Origin: a bacterium
GTDB taxonomy: Bacteria; UBA6262; WVXT01
Length of the DNA: 64,000 nt
Direction: 5' to 3'
Assembly (NCBI GenBank): GCA_046759165.1
Contig: JBHIBS010000001.1
Coordinates: 22,304 to 86,303, forward strand
Positions 39,415 through 49,318 of the stretch are shown here, one piece after another. Under the pieces are notes generated by a model that was not told where the DNA came from, made no database searches, and saw only the letters and a program-made list of their open reading frames with translations. The position numbers and the translations under genes were made by a program. Every line of letters begins with the position of its first letter. The stretch's first letter is position 1.

Positions 39415-40932
39415 CTATTCCTTGTTAAATTTCATTTCTTCCAAAAGAATCTTCCTGGCAACTTCACGGTCATCGAAGTGAACTCTTCTGTCCTTAAAGA
39501 TCTGGTAGTCCTCATGTCCTTTCCCGGCAATTACGACCAAATCGCCCTTTTCCCCCATGGACAATGCCTTCTCGATCGCTTGAAACCTATCGATGATAGT
39601 CTGATAATTACTCTTCCCTTTCCTCTTTATTCCTACTTCAATGTCGAGAGCTATCCGCTCAGGATCTTCACTCCGGGGATTATCCGACGTGACAATGACA
39701 TAATCACTAAGATCAATGGCTACCTCACCCATCAGAGGTCTCTTCCCCCGATCCCGATCACCCCCGCAACCAAAAACAGTAATGATTCGCCTGGGCTTTA
39801 ACTCCCCGCAGGCGTCCAAAAGCCTCCTCAAAGCTTCATCGGTATGAGCATAATCGACTATCACTGCAAATGGCTGCCCACAATCAATTCTCTGGAACCT
39901 TCCAGGAATGGAAGAGACTTTTTCCAATCCACGCTTAATAATGCCCAAACTTATGCCTTGACCTAGGGCAATAGTACTTGCAGCTAAAGCGTTATATACA
40001 TTATATTTTCCAGTTAGAGGTAAAACAATCTTCACTTCCCCTGTTGGGGACACGAGAGTAAAGGTAGTCTTATCCAGATTCAATTTTATGCTCTTTGCTA
40101 CAACCTCGGCCTTCTTTTCAATACCATAGGTGATTATCTTTGCCTCTGTCGATTGGATAATTTTCTCTGTTGAGGAGTCGTCTAGATTCAAAACCGCTAG
40201 TTTCTCCCTTTCTTTCCGAGCATTCTTTCCCAGAATGGAGAACAGTTTAATCTTTGCTCTCAAATACTCCTCCATACTCTTATGAAAATCGAGATGTTCG
40301 CGACTCAAGTTAGTAAATAGAGCACTATCGAACTCACATCCTTCCACTCTATCTAAACTCAAGGCATGGGAAGAGACTTCTATAACTACTGTAGTGAATT
40401 CTTCATTTACCAACTTTCGCAGTATTTGCTGCAGGTCGGAGGATTGGGGAGTGGTAATCGGGGCAGGGAATATTTTCTCTCCAAGTCGATAAGCAATCGT
40501 ACCCAGGACTCCCACTTTTGCTCCATTCTCTTTGAAGATGGCCTCGGTGAGATAACTGACTGTCGTTTTACCGTTGGTACCAGTTATCCCGATTATGTTT
40601 AATTTATCGGAAGGATAATTATAGAAGAAGGTGGCAAACTTTGCCAGAGCTAAGCGGGGATTCTCGACCACAATTTGAGTAGCGGAGCCTCCCCACCTGG
40701 AGGGTTTTGCCAATCCTTCTATTCTTTTAGAAGAAACAATTACTGAAGCCCCTGCTTCCAGAGCCTGTGGGATATAAGAATTCCCATCCTCTCTATAACC
40801 AGAAATAGCCACAAAGATGTAGCCTGGTTTAACTTGGCGGGAATCGTAGGTTATCCCTTCTATAGAAAGTTCTGCTGAGCCGTGTACTTCTTTAGCACCT
40901 ATCGGCGGTAATAGGTCGTTTAGCCGGACCAT
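39415..40932 (-). CDS. murE: UDP-MurNAc-dipeptide--meso-DAP ligase
   Basis: GTNGKTT, EVSSH, DYAHT, GCGGDRD, DNPR (DAP-type), GKGHE. Confidence 0.97.
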   Translation of the reverse strand: MVRLNDLLPPIGAKEVHGSAELSIEGITYDSRQVKPGYIFVAISGYREDGNSYIPQALEAGASVIVSSKRIEGLAKPSRWGGSATQIVVENPRLALAKFATFFYNYPSDKLNIIGITGTNGKTTVSYLTEAIFKENGAKVGVLGTIAYRLGEKIFPAPITTPQSSDLQQILRKLVNEEFTTVVIEVSSHALSLDRVEGCEFDSALFTNLSREHLDFHKSMEEYLRAKIKLFSILGKNARKEREKLAVLNLDDSSTEKIIQSTEAKIITYGIEKKAEVVAKSIKLNLDKTTFTLVSPTGEVKIVLPLTGKYNVYNALAASTIALGQGISLGIIKRGLEKVSSIPGRFQRIDCGQPFAVIVDYAHTDEALRRLLDACGELKPRRIITVFGCGGDRDRGKRPLMGEVAIDLSDYVIVTSDNPRSEDPERIALDIEVGIKRKGKSNYQTIIDRFQAIEKALSMGEKGDLVVIAGKGHEDYQIFKDRRVHFDDREVARKILLEEMKFNKE

Positions 40933-41071
40933 TCCTATAACCTGTATATGAGATCTTGCCTAAGCAAAGATATTCCTCCCTTTCGCGAGGAATCCAGCGC
41001 AAAGCCTGGAGTCTTCCCCTAGAGCGGGGACCAATATAAGTTGCCTTCTCGGGCGGATTCCTACATATTAT

Positions 41072-42769
41072 CTACGATTCAGGCGGGACACCGAGATGGT
41101 GCATAATTCTCAATCCAACTCGTGCGAATACCGGAGCAGCCACGCTTCCTCCCCAGTAAAATCCTTGTGGCTCATCCAGTAGGACCAAGATAGTGATCCT
41201 CGGTCGGTCTGCTGGGAGATAACCAACGAATGAGGCAATGTAGTTTGTTTTAGAATACTTACCAGTGGCTGGGTCGAATTTTTGAGCGGTTCCCGTCTTA
41301 CCAGCTACCCTATACCCTACAATTTCTGCTTCTTTCCCCGTGCCATTTTCTACAATTCCGCACAAAATATCGGTTAAAGTTTGCGCTGTCTTAGAAGAAA
41401 TCACCCGCCTAACCGGGCAGGGGTGGAATTCTGTCACCACTTTTCCCTTAGAATCGATGATTCTGTTAGCAATCATGGGTTCCATCAACACTCCTCCATT
41501 GGCCAAACATGAAAAGGCAGAAATAAGCTGGATGGCAGTTACTCCTACGCCCTGCCCGAAAGAGAGGCGGCTGAGAGATATTTCTGACCAATCTTTTGGT
41601 TTCTTCAAAATTCCCGGCGTCTCACCCGGCAACCTAATTCCCGTGTAGTTGCCAAAACCGAAATCCCTTACGTACTGGTACAACCTATTTTTCCCCAACA
41701 GCTGCCCCGCTTTAACCATTCCAATATTGGACGATTTTTCAAGAACCTGAACAAAAGTAAGCCAGCCCTCACCTTCGTGGTCTCGAACAGGAAACCCGTT
41801 GAGCACGTAAACTCCGTTCTCACAATAGAATAGATCTTCCAATGTGACGAGGTTCTCCTCCAATAATGCTACCGCCACTATTGGTTTAAAAGTAGATCCT
41901 GGTTCAAAAATATTAGAGATAGCAGGAATCTTTAAGTACTTATATTTTTCCGGGAAAGATTTATTTCCATTGAAAGATGGGAAGCTAGCCAAGGCTAAGA
42001 TTTCCCCGGTTTGAGGATCTTGAACAATGATTGTGGCGAGTTTGGCTTTAGTTTCTTCATAAGCTTTCCTCAACTCCACTTCAGCAATGTACTGGATTAC
42101 TCTGTCGATTGTGGTGACTACACCGTATCCACTTACCTCCGATGGATAAGCAGTGCCAGCAGCGATTACTTCCCGACCAAAGCCATCTTTTGTCCCGATA
42201 GTTTTCTTGTTTTTCCCTCTTAGAATTGTGTCAAAGGAATTCTCAATTCCGGACAGACCTTGATTATCCAGACCGGCTAAACCGATTACTTGGCTAGCTA
42301 ACTCATTTTCAGGATAGAATCTTTTGCCTTCGCTCATAAACTCGATCCCTTTAAGATGCAAGTTTTTAATCTTTTCCGCAATTTCCGTATCCACTTTGCG
42401 TCTCAGCCAGACGAAAGAATTTGAAGTCTCCAATTTTCTGCAAATCGCTTTCTCGCTTAAATCGAGCAAAGGCGCTAACTTTCTAGCTGTCTCTTCCGGA
42501 TTCGAGATGGAAGACGGAATTGCATAGACCGAACTAACTTCAAATTCTATTGCGAGTTCCTTCCCATTGCGGTCATAAATTGTGCCCCTTTTGAACTCAT
42601 ATTGTCTGACCAAGATAGATTGCTTATCCGCCATCCTCTTGTACCGATGATGGCTAATAATCTGGATATAATACAACCTAATTTCCAATACGATAAGAGT
42701 AAGAATTACTACCAGAATAGAAGTGATAATGCGAGTTTTTCGAGGCACCTTTTGAATCCTCACGGGCAA
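41072..42769 (-). CDS. ftsI: Class B penicillin-binding protein FtsI
   Basis: RG.I.DRNG, EPGSTFK (SxxK), SSN, KTGTAQ. Confidence 0.95.
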   Translation of the reverse strand: MPVRIQKVPRKTRIITSILVVILTLIVLEIRLYYIQIISHHRYKRMADKQSILVRQYEFKRGTIYDRNGKELAIEFEVSSVYAIPSSISNPEETARKLAPLLDLSEKAICRKLETSNSFVWLRRKVDTEIAEKIKNLHLKGIEFMSEGKRFYPENELASQVIGLAGLDNQGLSGIENSFDTILRGKNKKTIGTKDGFGREVIAAGTAYPSEVSGYGVVTTIDRVIQYIAEVELRKAYEETKAKLATIIVQDPQTGEILALASFPSFNGNKSFPEKYKYLKIPAISNIFEPGSTFKPIVAVALLEENLVTLEDLFYCENGVYVLNGFPVRDHEGEGWLTFVQVLEKSSNIGMVKAGQLLGKNRLYQYVRDFGFGNYTGIRLPGETPGILKKPKDWSEISLSRLSFGQGVGVTAIQLISAFSCLANGGVLMEPMIANRIIDSKGKVVTEFHPCPVRRVISSKTAQTLTDILCGIVENGTGKEAEIVGYRVAGKTGTAQKFDPATGKYSKTNYIASFVGYLPADRPRITILVLLDEPQGFYWGGSVAAPVFARVGLRIMHHLGVPPES

Positions 42770-42800
42770 TGAAAAAAGCTCTATTCGATGAAATTCTATC

Positions 42801-43094
42801 CTATTTAAGATTTACCTTTAGAAAGAGAGTATTTTCATGCTGAGAAGAGACCATTCCCTTCTCTTCTCGAGCAATCCTATTAATATTTGCGAGATTAGTA
42901 TAGCAATATAACTTTGCCTTTAGATGGCGATTTTCGTTTTCCAACAAGATGAGCTCTTTTTTCAATTCGTTAATCTGATAACTAACCGTGATTACTTCTG
43001 CACATTCCCAAACATAACATAGGAAAATCAAGAGACCACCAATAAAAAACAGAGGGTAATATTTTCCAAGCTTCTCTTTCTCCTTTTTTCCCAT
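42801..43094 (-). CDS. ftsL: Cell division protein FtsL
   Basis: TM + coiled coil + I..IARE..GM; position between rsmH and ftsI. Confidence 0.75.
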   Translation of the reverse strand: MGKKEKEKLGKYYPLFFIGGLLIFLCYVWECAEVITVSYQINELKKELILLENENRHLKAKLYCYTNLANINRIAREEKGMVSSQHENTLFLKVNLK

Positions 43095-44020
43095 TAGCAC
43101 ATTTCCCCTACCCGCAATTTTGCGCTTCTGGAATGAGGATTCATTTGAAGTTCCCTTCTAGATGGAGTAACTGGCTTGGGAAAAACTGTCTTCAAGCCTT
43201 GCCTTCTATATTCCCGAAAAAAGTTCTTAACAATCCTATCCTCGAGAGAATGGTAAGAAATGATACAAATTCTACCGCCCTTTTTTAGAAACCCTACGGC
43301 TTGAGGAAGTGTCTTTTCCAAAGCCATTAACTCACCATTTACTGCTATTCGTAATGCCTGGAAACTCCTGGTCGCCACGTGAATCTTTCTGGGCCAAGCT
43401 GAACGAGGAACTGCTCTCTTAATGAGTTCGACTAATTGAAAGGTAGTCTCCAATGGTCTCTTTTGTCGGAATTCAACCACTGCCCTCGCAATCCGCCTGG
43501 CCCAGTGTTCCTCTCCATAATTAGATAGAATCTCTGCAAGTTCGTCGAAAGATAGAGTGTTCAGGAGGTATCCTGCAGGCAATTTCGTCTTTTCTGACAT
43601 CCGCATATCTAACGGTCCGTCCCTTTGAAAGCTAAAACCTCTCTTAGCATCTTGCAGTTGCAGGTTCGACAAACCCAAGTCAAATAGAATCCCGTCTACT
43701 TCTTTAATTTTCAATGACTCGAGGATAGTTCCAATTTCAGAAAAGTTTCTCTCAAAAGTGAGCAGGTTTTCTCTATATTTCTTAAGATTTTCCTTTGCCC
43801 TTCTTATCGCCTCTGCATCCTGATCAATTCCGATCAGGAATCCACCTGGCAGGATCGCTTCCAGTATCCTTTGAGCGTGACCACCTTCGCCCAGAGTAGA
43901 ATCTATGTAGACTTTTCCTTTTAGACAATTAAGATTATCTACTACCTCGTCAACTAAGACTGGAATGTGTCTTGACTCTTCCACTTTGTGTTGGAGGGGG
44001 GTGTCAGATTCCAAGGTCAA
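43094..44020 (-). CDS. rsmH: 16S rRNA m4C1402 methyltransferase
   Basis: HIPVL, D.TLG.GGH, DLG.S..Q, RGFSF..DGPLDMRM, FQALRI.VN.EL, SYHSLEDR, RSAKLR. Confidence 0.97.
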   Translation of the reverse strand: MTLESDTPLQHKVEESRHIPVLVDEVVDNLNCLKGKVYIDSTLGEGGHAQRILEAILPGGFLIGIDQDAEAIRRAKENLKKYRENLLTFERNFSEIGTILESLKIKEVDGILFDLGLSNLQLQDAKRGFSFQRDGPLDMRMSEKTKLPAGYLLNTLSFDELAEILSNYGEEHWARRIARAVVEFRQKRPLETTFQLVELIKRAVPRSAWPRKIHVATRSFQALRIAVNGELMALEKTLPQAVGFLKKGGRICIISYHSLEDRIVKNFFREYRRQGLKTVFPKPVTPSRRELQMNPHSRSAKLRVGEMC

Positions 44021-44432
44021 CCAATTTCTCAGCTACCTCAACAAATTTCTTTTCAGCCTCCTTCTGGTAGCGCTGCCAGTTGCTTTTTGACCAAATCTCG
44101 ATGCGATCCAACACCCCCACTACTATTGTCTCTTTTCTTATGTTCGCATAGTTGCATAGGTTCTTGGGAATAAGTATCCTACCTTGATCATCCAGATCAC
44201 ATTCACTTGCTCCAGAAAGGAAAGTGCGCAAAAACCTACGGGCGTCAGCTTTAGTTAGAGGAAGGGCTTTAAACCTTTCTGTAATTTTTTTCCAATTATC
44301 GGAAGTGTAAACAAATAGACAACCCTCCAACCCAGAAGTGATAACAAACCTTCTTACGTTTTGACGAAGCCTGGCAGGAATGAAGAGTCGGTTCTTTCCA
44401 TCTAAAGAATGGTGATATTGTCCGATCAGCAT
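44004..44432 (-). CDS. mraZ: Transcriptional regulator MraZ
   Basis: G.Y.HSLD.K.RL.IPA, D.QGRILIP, IEIW. Confidence 0.96.
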   Translation of the reverse strand: MLIGQYHHSLDGKNRLFIPARLRQNVRRFVITSGLEGCLFVYTSDNWKKITERFKALPLTKADARRFLRTFLSGASECDLDDQGRILIPKNLCNYANIRKETIVVGVLDRIEIWSKSNWQRYQKEAEKKFVEVAEKLVDLGI

Positions 44433-44437
44433 CGGTT

Positions 44438-44463
44438 CACCACCTTACACCACTTTTCCCCAC
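44438..44463 (-). promoter_or_regulatory. MraZ binding repeats
   Basis: GTGGGG-AAAA-GTGGTG-TAAG-GTGGTG: three GTGG repeats at 10-bp period just upstream of mraZ. Confidence 0.85.
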
Positions 44464-44473
44464 TGCGTATCAG

Positions 44474-44502
44474 ATTATATCGCAACTCTGTTATTTTGTC
44501 AA
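44474..44502 (-). promoter_or_regulatory. Consensus sigma70 promoter of the dcw operon
   Basis: TTGACA-17 nt-TATAAT, with T-rich upstream tract. Confidence 0.9.
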
Positions 44503-44583
44503 GCAAAAAATCAAAAAAAATCGAATTTGCCCCAGGATAAAATAAATACATAGACGGAAACTGAAGTGCCAGAGCCGCCGCGG

Positions 44584-44811
44584 ACGGACGACCTTCACGG
44601 TCGCCCAACCCACTCTGCTTTATCATCATGTCATAGCGAGCGACTGAAAGGAGGGTGACAATCCGACCCGAATCGGTCATTGCGAGGGTGAAGCCCGTGG
44701 TCCAGATGAATGGGGACTTCCCTTTGCCTTTCATTTCATTCAGCGACAAGGTCGCAATGACAGCGCCTTACCCTACAAAAAGGGAGTGTGGGGGTTCGAT
44801 TCATCGAACCC
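44584..44811. repeat. Cluster of nested palindromic/REP elements
   Basis: ggacgaccttcacggtcgccc hairpin; gtcatagcgag...gtcattgcgag...gtcgcaatgac (44630-44761); gggttcgattcatcgaaccc (44792-44811). Confidence 0.7.
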
Positions 44812-44865
44812 GCCGACCAAAGATGGCACCATAAACGGTGCCCGACCAGGGATGGTCTTATCAAA

Positions 44866-44914
44866 TAAAAAAATCCCGGGAGATAAATTGGTTATCTTCC
44901 CGGGAAATTTTTTT
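44866..44914 (-). terminator. Intrinsic terminator (possibly bidirectional)
   Basis: TCCCGGGAAGATAA-CCAAT-TTATCTCCCGGGA stem followed by T7; A/T tracts on both sides. Confidence 0.8.
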
Positions 44915-44918
44915 AATT

Positions 44919-45173
44919 TTAACTTTCCCGTGCCCTACTCTTCGCCCACCTTTCCTCAATAGTTCGACGAAAGCGCGGTGCATACACTATTTCCCAAGTG
45001 GTCTCTTTCCCAGGAAACATCTTTAATGCCGAGCACCGAATGGACTCGACTATTTGTTCAGCTTCTCTTCGCGAAAGGCGCTCCTGACGAAGGACAGCCA
45101 GACCTAAGTTCACCATCATCTTCAGATAGCGAATTTTTCTATTCTCCTCCTCCACCGAACCATTCTTTTCCAT
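44919..45173 (-). CDS. Hypothetical small helical protein
   Basis: 84 aa ORF co-oriented with neighbours, followed by a terminator; ..FPGKE.T.E..Y.PRF.R.I.E. Confidence 0.7.
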   Translation of the reverse strand: MEKNGSVEEENRKIRYLKMMVNLGLAVLRQERLSRREAEQIVESIRCSALKMFPGKETTWEIVYAPRFRRTIEERWAKSRARES

Positions 45174-45207
45174 CTTTACCCATCCTGAATCTGCATTATG
45201 AATTATG

Positions 45208-46257
45208 CTACTCGACCAATTCTAATCTTGGATTGGGACTATATTGACGCCCTACCTTGGCACAAAGCTTACCCTCTACCGTCACCACATCAGCAGTGAA
45301 GTCTATCTTCTCTCTAAAAAGGGCAGAACCTACTCCTACTGCATCAAATGGCACACCAAGCTTGACGAAATGCCTTATTCTTTCTTCATCAAATCCGCTG
45401 GAAATAACGATCTTCACGTTACCAAACCCTGCCTCATCAAAGCATTTCCTCGCCTTCCAGCAGAGTTCAGGGGAAACACCATAAGAATTCTTCCCTCTGT
45501 CCTTAACCGACTTATCTCGGATGTCGCTGGCTGTGTCGAACCTTACTCCCCACAGCCTCTTGCCAAGAACTTTAGCAACTTCTAAAGAAGTCCTTATGCA
45601 ATCGTTTTCGAAATCTACCAGAACTATCCTGGGAACATCTTTAGCCATATACTTATCAAATGTTTTTGCTGCTGTAACAGTATCTCCTCCATAGGTAGCT
45701 ATAAGTCCGTGAGGAATAGTTCCTATCCCTCTTCCTCCCCATAATGAACCCTGAGCATCAGTGGAGACATTTATAGCACCCGAAATAAAAGCAGCATACC
45801 CGTCTGTTTCCTGCACCCTGTAATGGTCAAATCTTGCGGAAAAGAAGAGGACTGGTCTTCCAGCCGCAGCATCTACCACTTTCCTTACAGCAGTGGCTAC
45901 CGCAGTCCCTCTTGCCAGCACCCCTAAATATACAGTTTCCAGGTGAGCAAAGGTACTGTATTCCCCCTCAATAGTCATCACGGTCTCTAAAACTTTAATT
46001 CTGTCTCCATCGTGAAGTGCTCTTATAGTTAAATTCTCTGGATTGACAGCGCATAATCTCAAGATAGCAATAGCCTCATCCATTCCGCAGAGAACAGCCT
46101 CTTTGCGACAGAATACCTGCATAAGCACTCGAGTGTGGCGATGGTCTCTCTCCAGAACTTCCTTGGTGCGCACAAAATACTTATCACTATACCAGCCGTT
46201 TCTTATTTTCTCAACTGAGATATTAAAATTTTTGGGATCAAGCCTTTGCGCTACCAT
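45208..46257 (-). CDS. Nicotinate/quinolinate phosphoribosyltransferase family (NAPRTase-like)
   Basis: YSDKYF, GTIPH, LVDFEND, GVRFDT, SSGF, GVGS. Confidence 0.85.
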   Translation of the reverse strand: MVAQRLDPKNFNISVEKIRNGWYSDKYFVRTKEVLERDHRHTRVLMQVFCRKEAVLCGMDEAIAILRLCAVNPENLTIRALHDGDRIKVLETVMTIEGEYSTFAHLETVYLGVLARGTAVATAVRKVVDAAAGRPVLFFSARFDHYRVQETDGYAAFISGAINVSTDAQGSLWGGRGIGTIPHGLIATYGGDTVTAAKTFDKYMAKDVPRIVLVDFENDCIRTSLEVAKVLGKRLWGVRFDTASDIRDKSVKDRGKNSYGVSPELCWKARKCFDEAGFGNVKIVISSGFDEERIRHFVKLGVPFDAVGVGSALFREKIDFTADVVTVEGKLCAKVGRQYSPNPRLELVE

Positions 46258-46362
46258 CTCTTCCCTCCGAAAATCTAAACTATTTGTGTGCGAAAACCCT
46301 GGTGTCCCCGATGAAATCGGAGGACTCCAGATGATGAACTTAGATATTCGTATTTTGATTAT

Positions 46363-46386
46363 GCACAGATTAAATCTGTGCCTACA
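46363..46386 (-). repeat. GTAG-type REP hairpin
   Basis: TGTAG-GCACAGATT-T-AATCTGTGC perfect palindrome. Confidence 0.7.
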
Positions 46387-46429
46387 ATGGCATTATCTTT
46401 TATAATTCATAACTCATAATTACGTAGTG

Positions 46430-48085
46430 TCATCTGGTGTATTTCTGCTGCTCTTTTGGCACGTACCATTTGATGAAGTTATAGCCAATCCCTGCAGGAG
46501 CCACTTCAATACCATGGAACCTCTTATGAACTACCGGGAGGGCATCGGCCACATATAAGAAAGTATAGGGTTGCTCCTCAGCTAGAACGGCATGAATCTT
46601 ATGATAGATTTCTCTTCTTCTCTCCATCTCGAATGTACGCCGTCCTTCCACTAAGAGGCGATCGACTTCCGAGTTGCTATAGGAAATGAAATTATACTGC
46701 CCCTCCTTGACCTGGGATGAGTGCCAAATAGCGTACTGATCTGGATCTCGGGAGAGGCTCCAGCCAAGAATTACCGCATCAAAATTCTTCTTGTCAATAT
46801 ACTGATGAATGAAAGCAGCCCATTCCAAAATACGAATCTTTACTTGGATGCCGACGTCTCTAAGATTGAACTGGATAATGGTGGCACAAAGCTGACGCAT
46901 CTTGTTTCCCTGATTGGTCATGAGGGTAAAACTGAATGGTCTACCGTCCTTATCTAAAATTCCATCCCCATCTCTATCTTGCCAGCCGCAATTATAGAGC
47001 AATTTCTTAGCTTTTTCGGGATTGTGCTCGTAAACAGGAATAGCTTTATTATAAGCCCACGAAGTTGGAGGAAAGGGGCCTGTCGAGATTTGACCCAAGC
47101 CCAGTAGAACCCCATCTATAATTTCCTGTCTGTTTATAGCAAAAGTTATTGCCCGACGAACTCTCTTATCCTTAAACAGGGGGTTTTTCAAGTTATAACC
47201 GAGATAAGTGTAGCCAAAACTGGGATAGCGAAATTTGTTAAAGTTGTCGAGAAAATCCTTGCTTATGGCCTCTTTTTGGAATTGGTCTGGAGTTAGTCCC
47301 ATTGTATCTATTGTCCCCTTCCTCAGTTCTAAAAACTGTACCGCCTGGTCTGGCACAATCCTATAGATTATATGATTGATATACGGTCTCCCTTCAAAAT
47401 AGTCATCATTCGCTTCTAAGAGTATCCGCTCATCTGTCTTCCACTCCACAAATTTATAAGGGCCTGTTCCAATAGGGTGGCGGTTTGCAGGATGGCTATT
47501 AAAGTCTCCTTTCTCAAAAATATGCTTGGGAATAATTCCCATACCCCAACTTTCCAATCCAGGAGAGAAAGGCTCCTTATATATTATCTTCACGGTGTAA
47601 GGGTCAACAATTTCAAACCTGTCAATCATAAGGTAATCCGAGGCATAAGGCGTCTTTGTATTGGGATCGACTAATTTCTCATAAGTAAATTTAACATCAT
47701 CACTAGTGAAAGGTTCTCCATCATGCCACTTCACATTTTTGCGGAGATGGAAGGTAATTACCAGCCCGTCTTCTGATATATCCCATGATTCTGCCAGGTC
47801 TCCTACCATGTTGAGGTTTTTGTCATACTTAACTAAACCATTATAGACATAACCATTTATATCACCGGAAGCGCTGTCACTGGCAAGAATAGGATTCAAA
47901 TAACTGGCATCTCCAATAGATGCCTCGATGATTGTATCTCCATAGGCTGGTTGGGGAGGATGTTGTTCACTGATAAGTATTCTATCCGGTCGTCTAGGGG
48001 AGGGTCTTTTTGCAAAATGGATGGGTAACCCAATAAGAGCAACTGCTCCCGCTACTAGCACAACAATTGTAATGACCTTTCTCAT
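46430..48085 (-). CDS. ABC-type oligopeptide-binding protein (SBP family 5), no adjacent permeases
   Basis: LAESW...DG...TF.LR..VKWHDG.PFTS.DV.FT, GTGPY, VR.AI..AI.R. Confidence 0.92.
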   Translation of the reverse strand: MRKVITIVVLVAGAVALIGLPIHFAKRPSPRRPDRILISEQHPPQPAYGDTIIEASIGDASYLNPILASDSASGDINGYVYNGLVKYDKNLNMVGDLAESWDISEDGLVITFHLRKNVKWHDGEPFTSDDVKFTYEKLVDPNTKTPYASDYLMIDRFEIVDPYTVKIIYKEPFSPGLESWGMGIIPKHIFEKGDFNSHPANRHPIGTGPYKFVEWKTDERILLEANDDYFEGRPYINHIIYRIVPDQAVQFLELRKGTIDTMGLTPDQFQKEAISKDFLDNFNKFRYPSFGYTYLGYNLKNPLFKDKRVRRAITFAINRQEIIDGVLLGLGQISTGPFPPTSWAYNKAIPVYEHNPEKAKKLLYNCGWQDRDGDGILDKDGRPFSFTLMTNQGNKMRQLCATIIQFNLRDVGIQVKIRILEWAAFIHQYIDKKNFDAVILGWSLSRDPDQYAIWHSSQVKEGQYNFISYSNSEVDRLLVEGRRTFEMERRREIYHKIHAVLAEEQPYTFLYVADALPVVHKRFHGIEVAPAGIGYNFIKWYVPKEQQKYTR

Positions 48086-48097
48086 TTCTTCTCTTCA

Positions 48098-48811
48098 CTA
48101 TTCTGGATGTCCTACCGGGATAATGTAAAGTGGCATATTATCTTTTGGTAGATGCAGTGCTTTTTGCACAGCAGTGTCGCTAAATGCGCCAATAGGCACC
48201 GAACCCAAACCCAGACAGACTGCCTGAAGGTGAATATTCTGCGCTATATGGCCTGCCTCTATCTGAGCATACCTGATACCCCTCTCTCCATATTTCAAAC
48301 ATATTCTATCATATACGCAAGCAATTACAAAATCGACTGCTGCCCGGCCGATTACCCCCTGCCATAATGCAGCGCGGGAAAGAGAAGAGCGTAGGTTTTT
48401 GTCCCACATCTCTTCCAAACTATGGCTTGAAGGAAAATAGTGGAAGACCCCATTGGGAGAAACGAGATAGATTTCCATTGGATAGAGAGCCCCTGCAGAG
48501 GGAACAGTCTTGGAAGCACCTGTCACCGAATCGGCATCCCTTTGCCCATACGCAGCCCAGAGGAGCTGAGAAATCTCATCTAAAGACAATTCTTTCTCAC
48601 TGAAGCTCCTAACCGAATGCCTCTTTGCTATCGCCTCCTCGAGGCTCATTTTGCCAGTTGTCTTAGGTCGGGGTAACTTAATATTTTCCTCCTTCACTTT
48701 CCCTTTACCTCCTTTGAGAACTGAGGAGTCTACCCGTTCTACGAACATTCCGAAAATGGGAAGAAATAGAAAAGAAAAAATAAGGTATATCCTGAAGAGA
48801 ACTCTTCTCAT
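48098..48811 (-). CDS. SagB/ThcOx-like nitroreductase-fold protein with N-terminal hydrophobic segment
   Basis: LP.P......LE.AI..R.S.R.F, PSAGALYP.E.Y, EAGH.AQN..LQA..LGLG. Confidence 0.85.
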   Translation of the reverse strand: MRRVLFRIYLIFSFLFLPIFGMFVERVDSSVLKGGKGKVKEENIKLPRPKTTGKMSLEEAIAKRHSVRSFSEKELSLDEISQLLWAAYGQRDADSVTGASKTVPSAGALYPMEIYLVSPNGVFHYFPSSHSLEEMWDKNLRSSLSRAALWQGVIGRAAVDFVIACVYDRICLKYGERGIRYAQIEAGHIAQNIHLQAVCLGLGSVPIGAFSDTAVQKALHLPKDNMPLYIIPVGHPE

Positions 48812-48831
48812 CTATCTCCTAAAGTAGTAGA

Positions 48832-49188
48832 TTATTCTGTACGTTTGGCTATCTCTTTTTCAATAATTTGAATTGCTTTTTCCGCTTTTTCCCTCTCGTC
48901 AGCTACCAGAATAACTACATCGCCCTCCTTAACCCCGAAAGCCTCCTCGATGTTCCTTTTGTCTTGCTTGTTGAGACCATATTTCGGCAGTTCATCGGTA
49001 GAGATAAATCCTTTAACCCCAGTTTCTACCGCAACTTTCTTTGCCATACTATCTGTGAGTTTCTGGTCTTCAATAAGAACCCCGGCAAACCCTTCGGCCT
49101 TTATTCCCACAACGACTCCTCCTGAATCTAAGACTGCTCTTATTACATGTGAATTAGTTTCACTGACCAAATCGGTTATCTCCTTCAT
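48832..49188 (-). CDS. Stand-alone GAD domain protein resembling the GatE insertion domain
   Basis: ITDLV..T.S.VIR.....GGVV......GFAG.L...GV.G...TDELP.YG.......I...FG....D.VILVAD..EKA.KA; AGGAGG RBS. Confidence 0.72.
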   Translation of the reverse strand: MKEITDLVSETNSHVIRAVLDSGGVVVGIKAEGFAGVLIEDQKLTDSMAKKVAVETGVKGFISTDELPKYGLNKQDKRNIEEAFGVKEGDVVILVADEREKAEKAIQIIEKEIAKRTE

Positions 49189-49318
49189 CCTCTCTCACCT
49201 CCTTGTGGTACAAGATGTGCACTTTTCATTGCGGAAAATCTTAAATTCAAAAACGTCTCGAGATAGAACCTGCACCTATATATCTAAATGTGGATGAACC
49301 AATTTTTTCAAACAGATT

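Noticed and set aside
40960-41046. Plus-strand resemblance to a c-di-GMP-I riboswitch (AGCAAA...GCGCAAAGC...GTCT...GTTGCC)
   Set aside because: It is antisense to the operon, lacks the GNRA loop on that strand, and is better explained by two inverted copies of a small TCCC..GGA.GACTCCAG repeat also seen near 31582 and 46299. An Infernal RF01051 scan would settle it.
44520-44860. Possible RNase P RNA upstream of mraZ, and the 107-aa ORF 44426-44749
   Set aside because: No GAGGAAAGTCC or 3' conserved block; the region is made of repeats and the ORF runs across the promoter.
46400-46421. Short 7-nt tandem repeats (TTATGAr), also near 45195
   Set aside because: Only two to three units; too short to support a functional claim.
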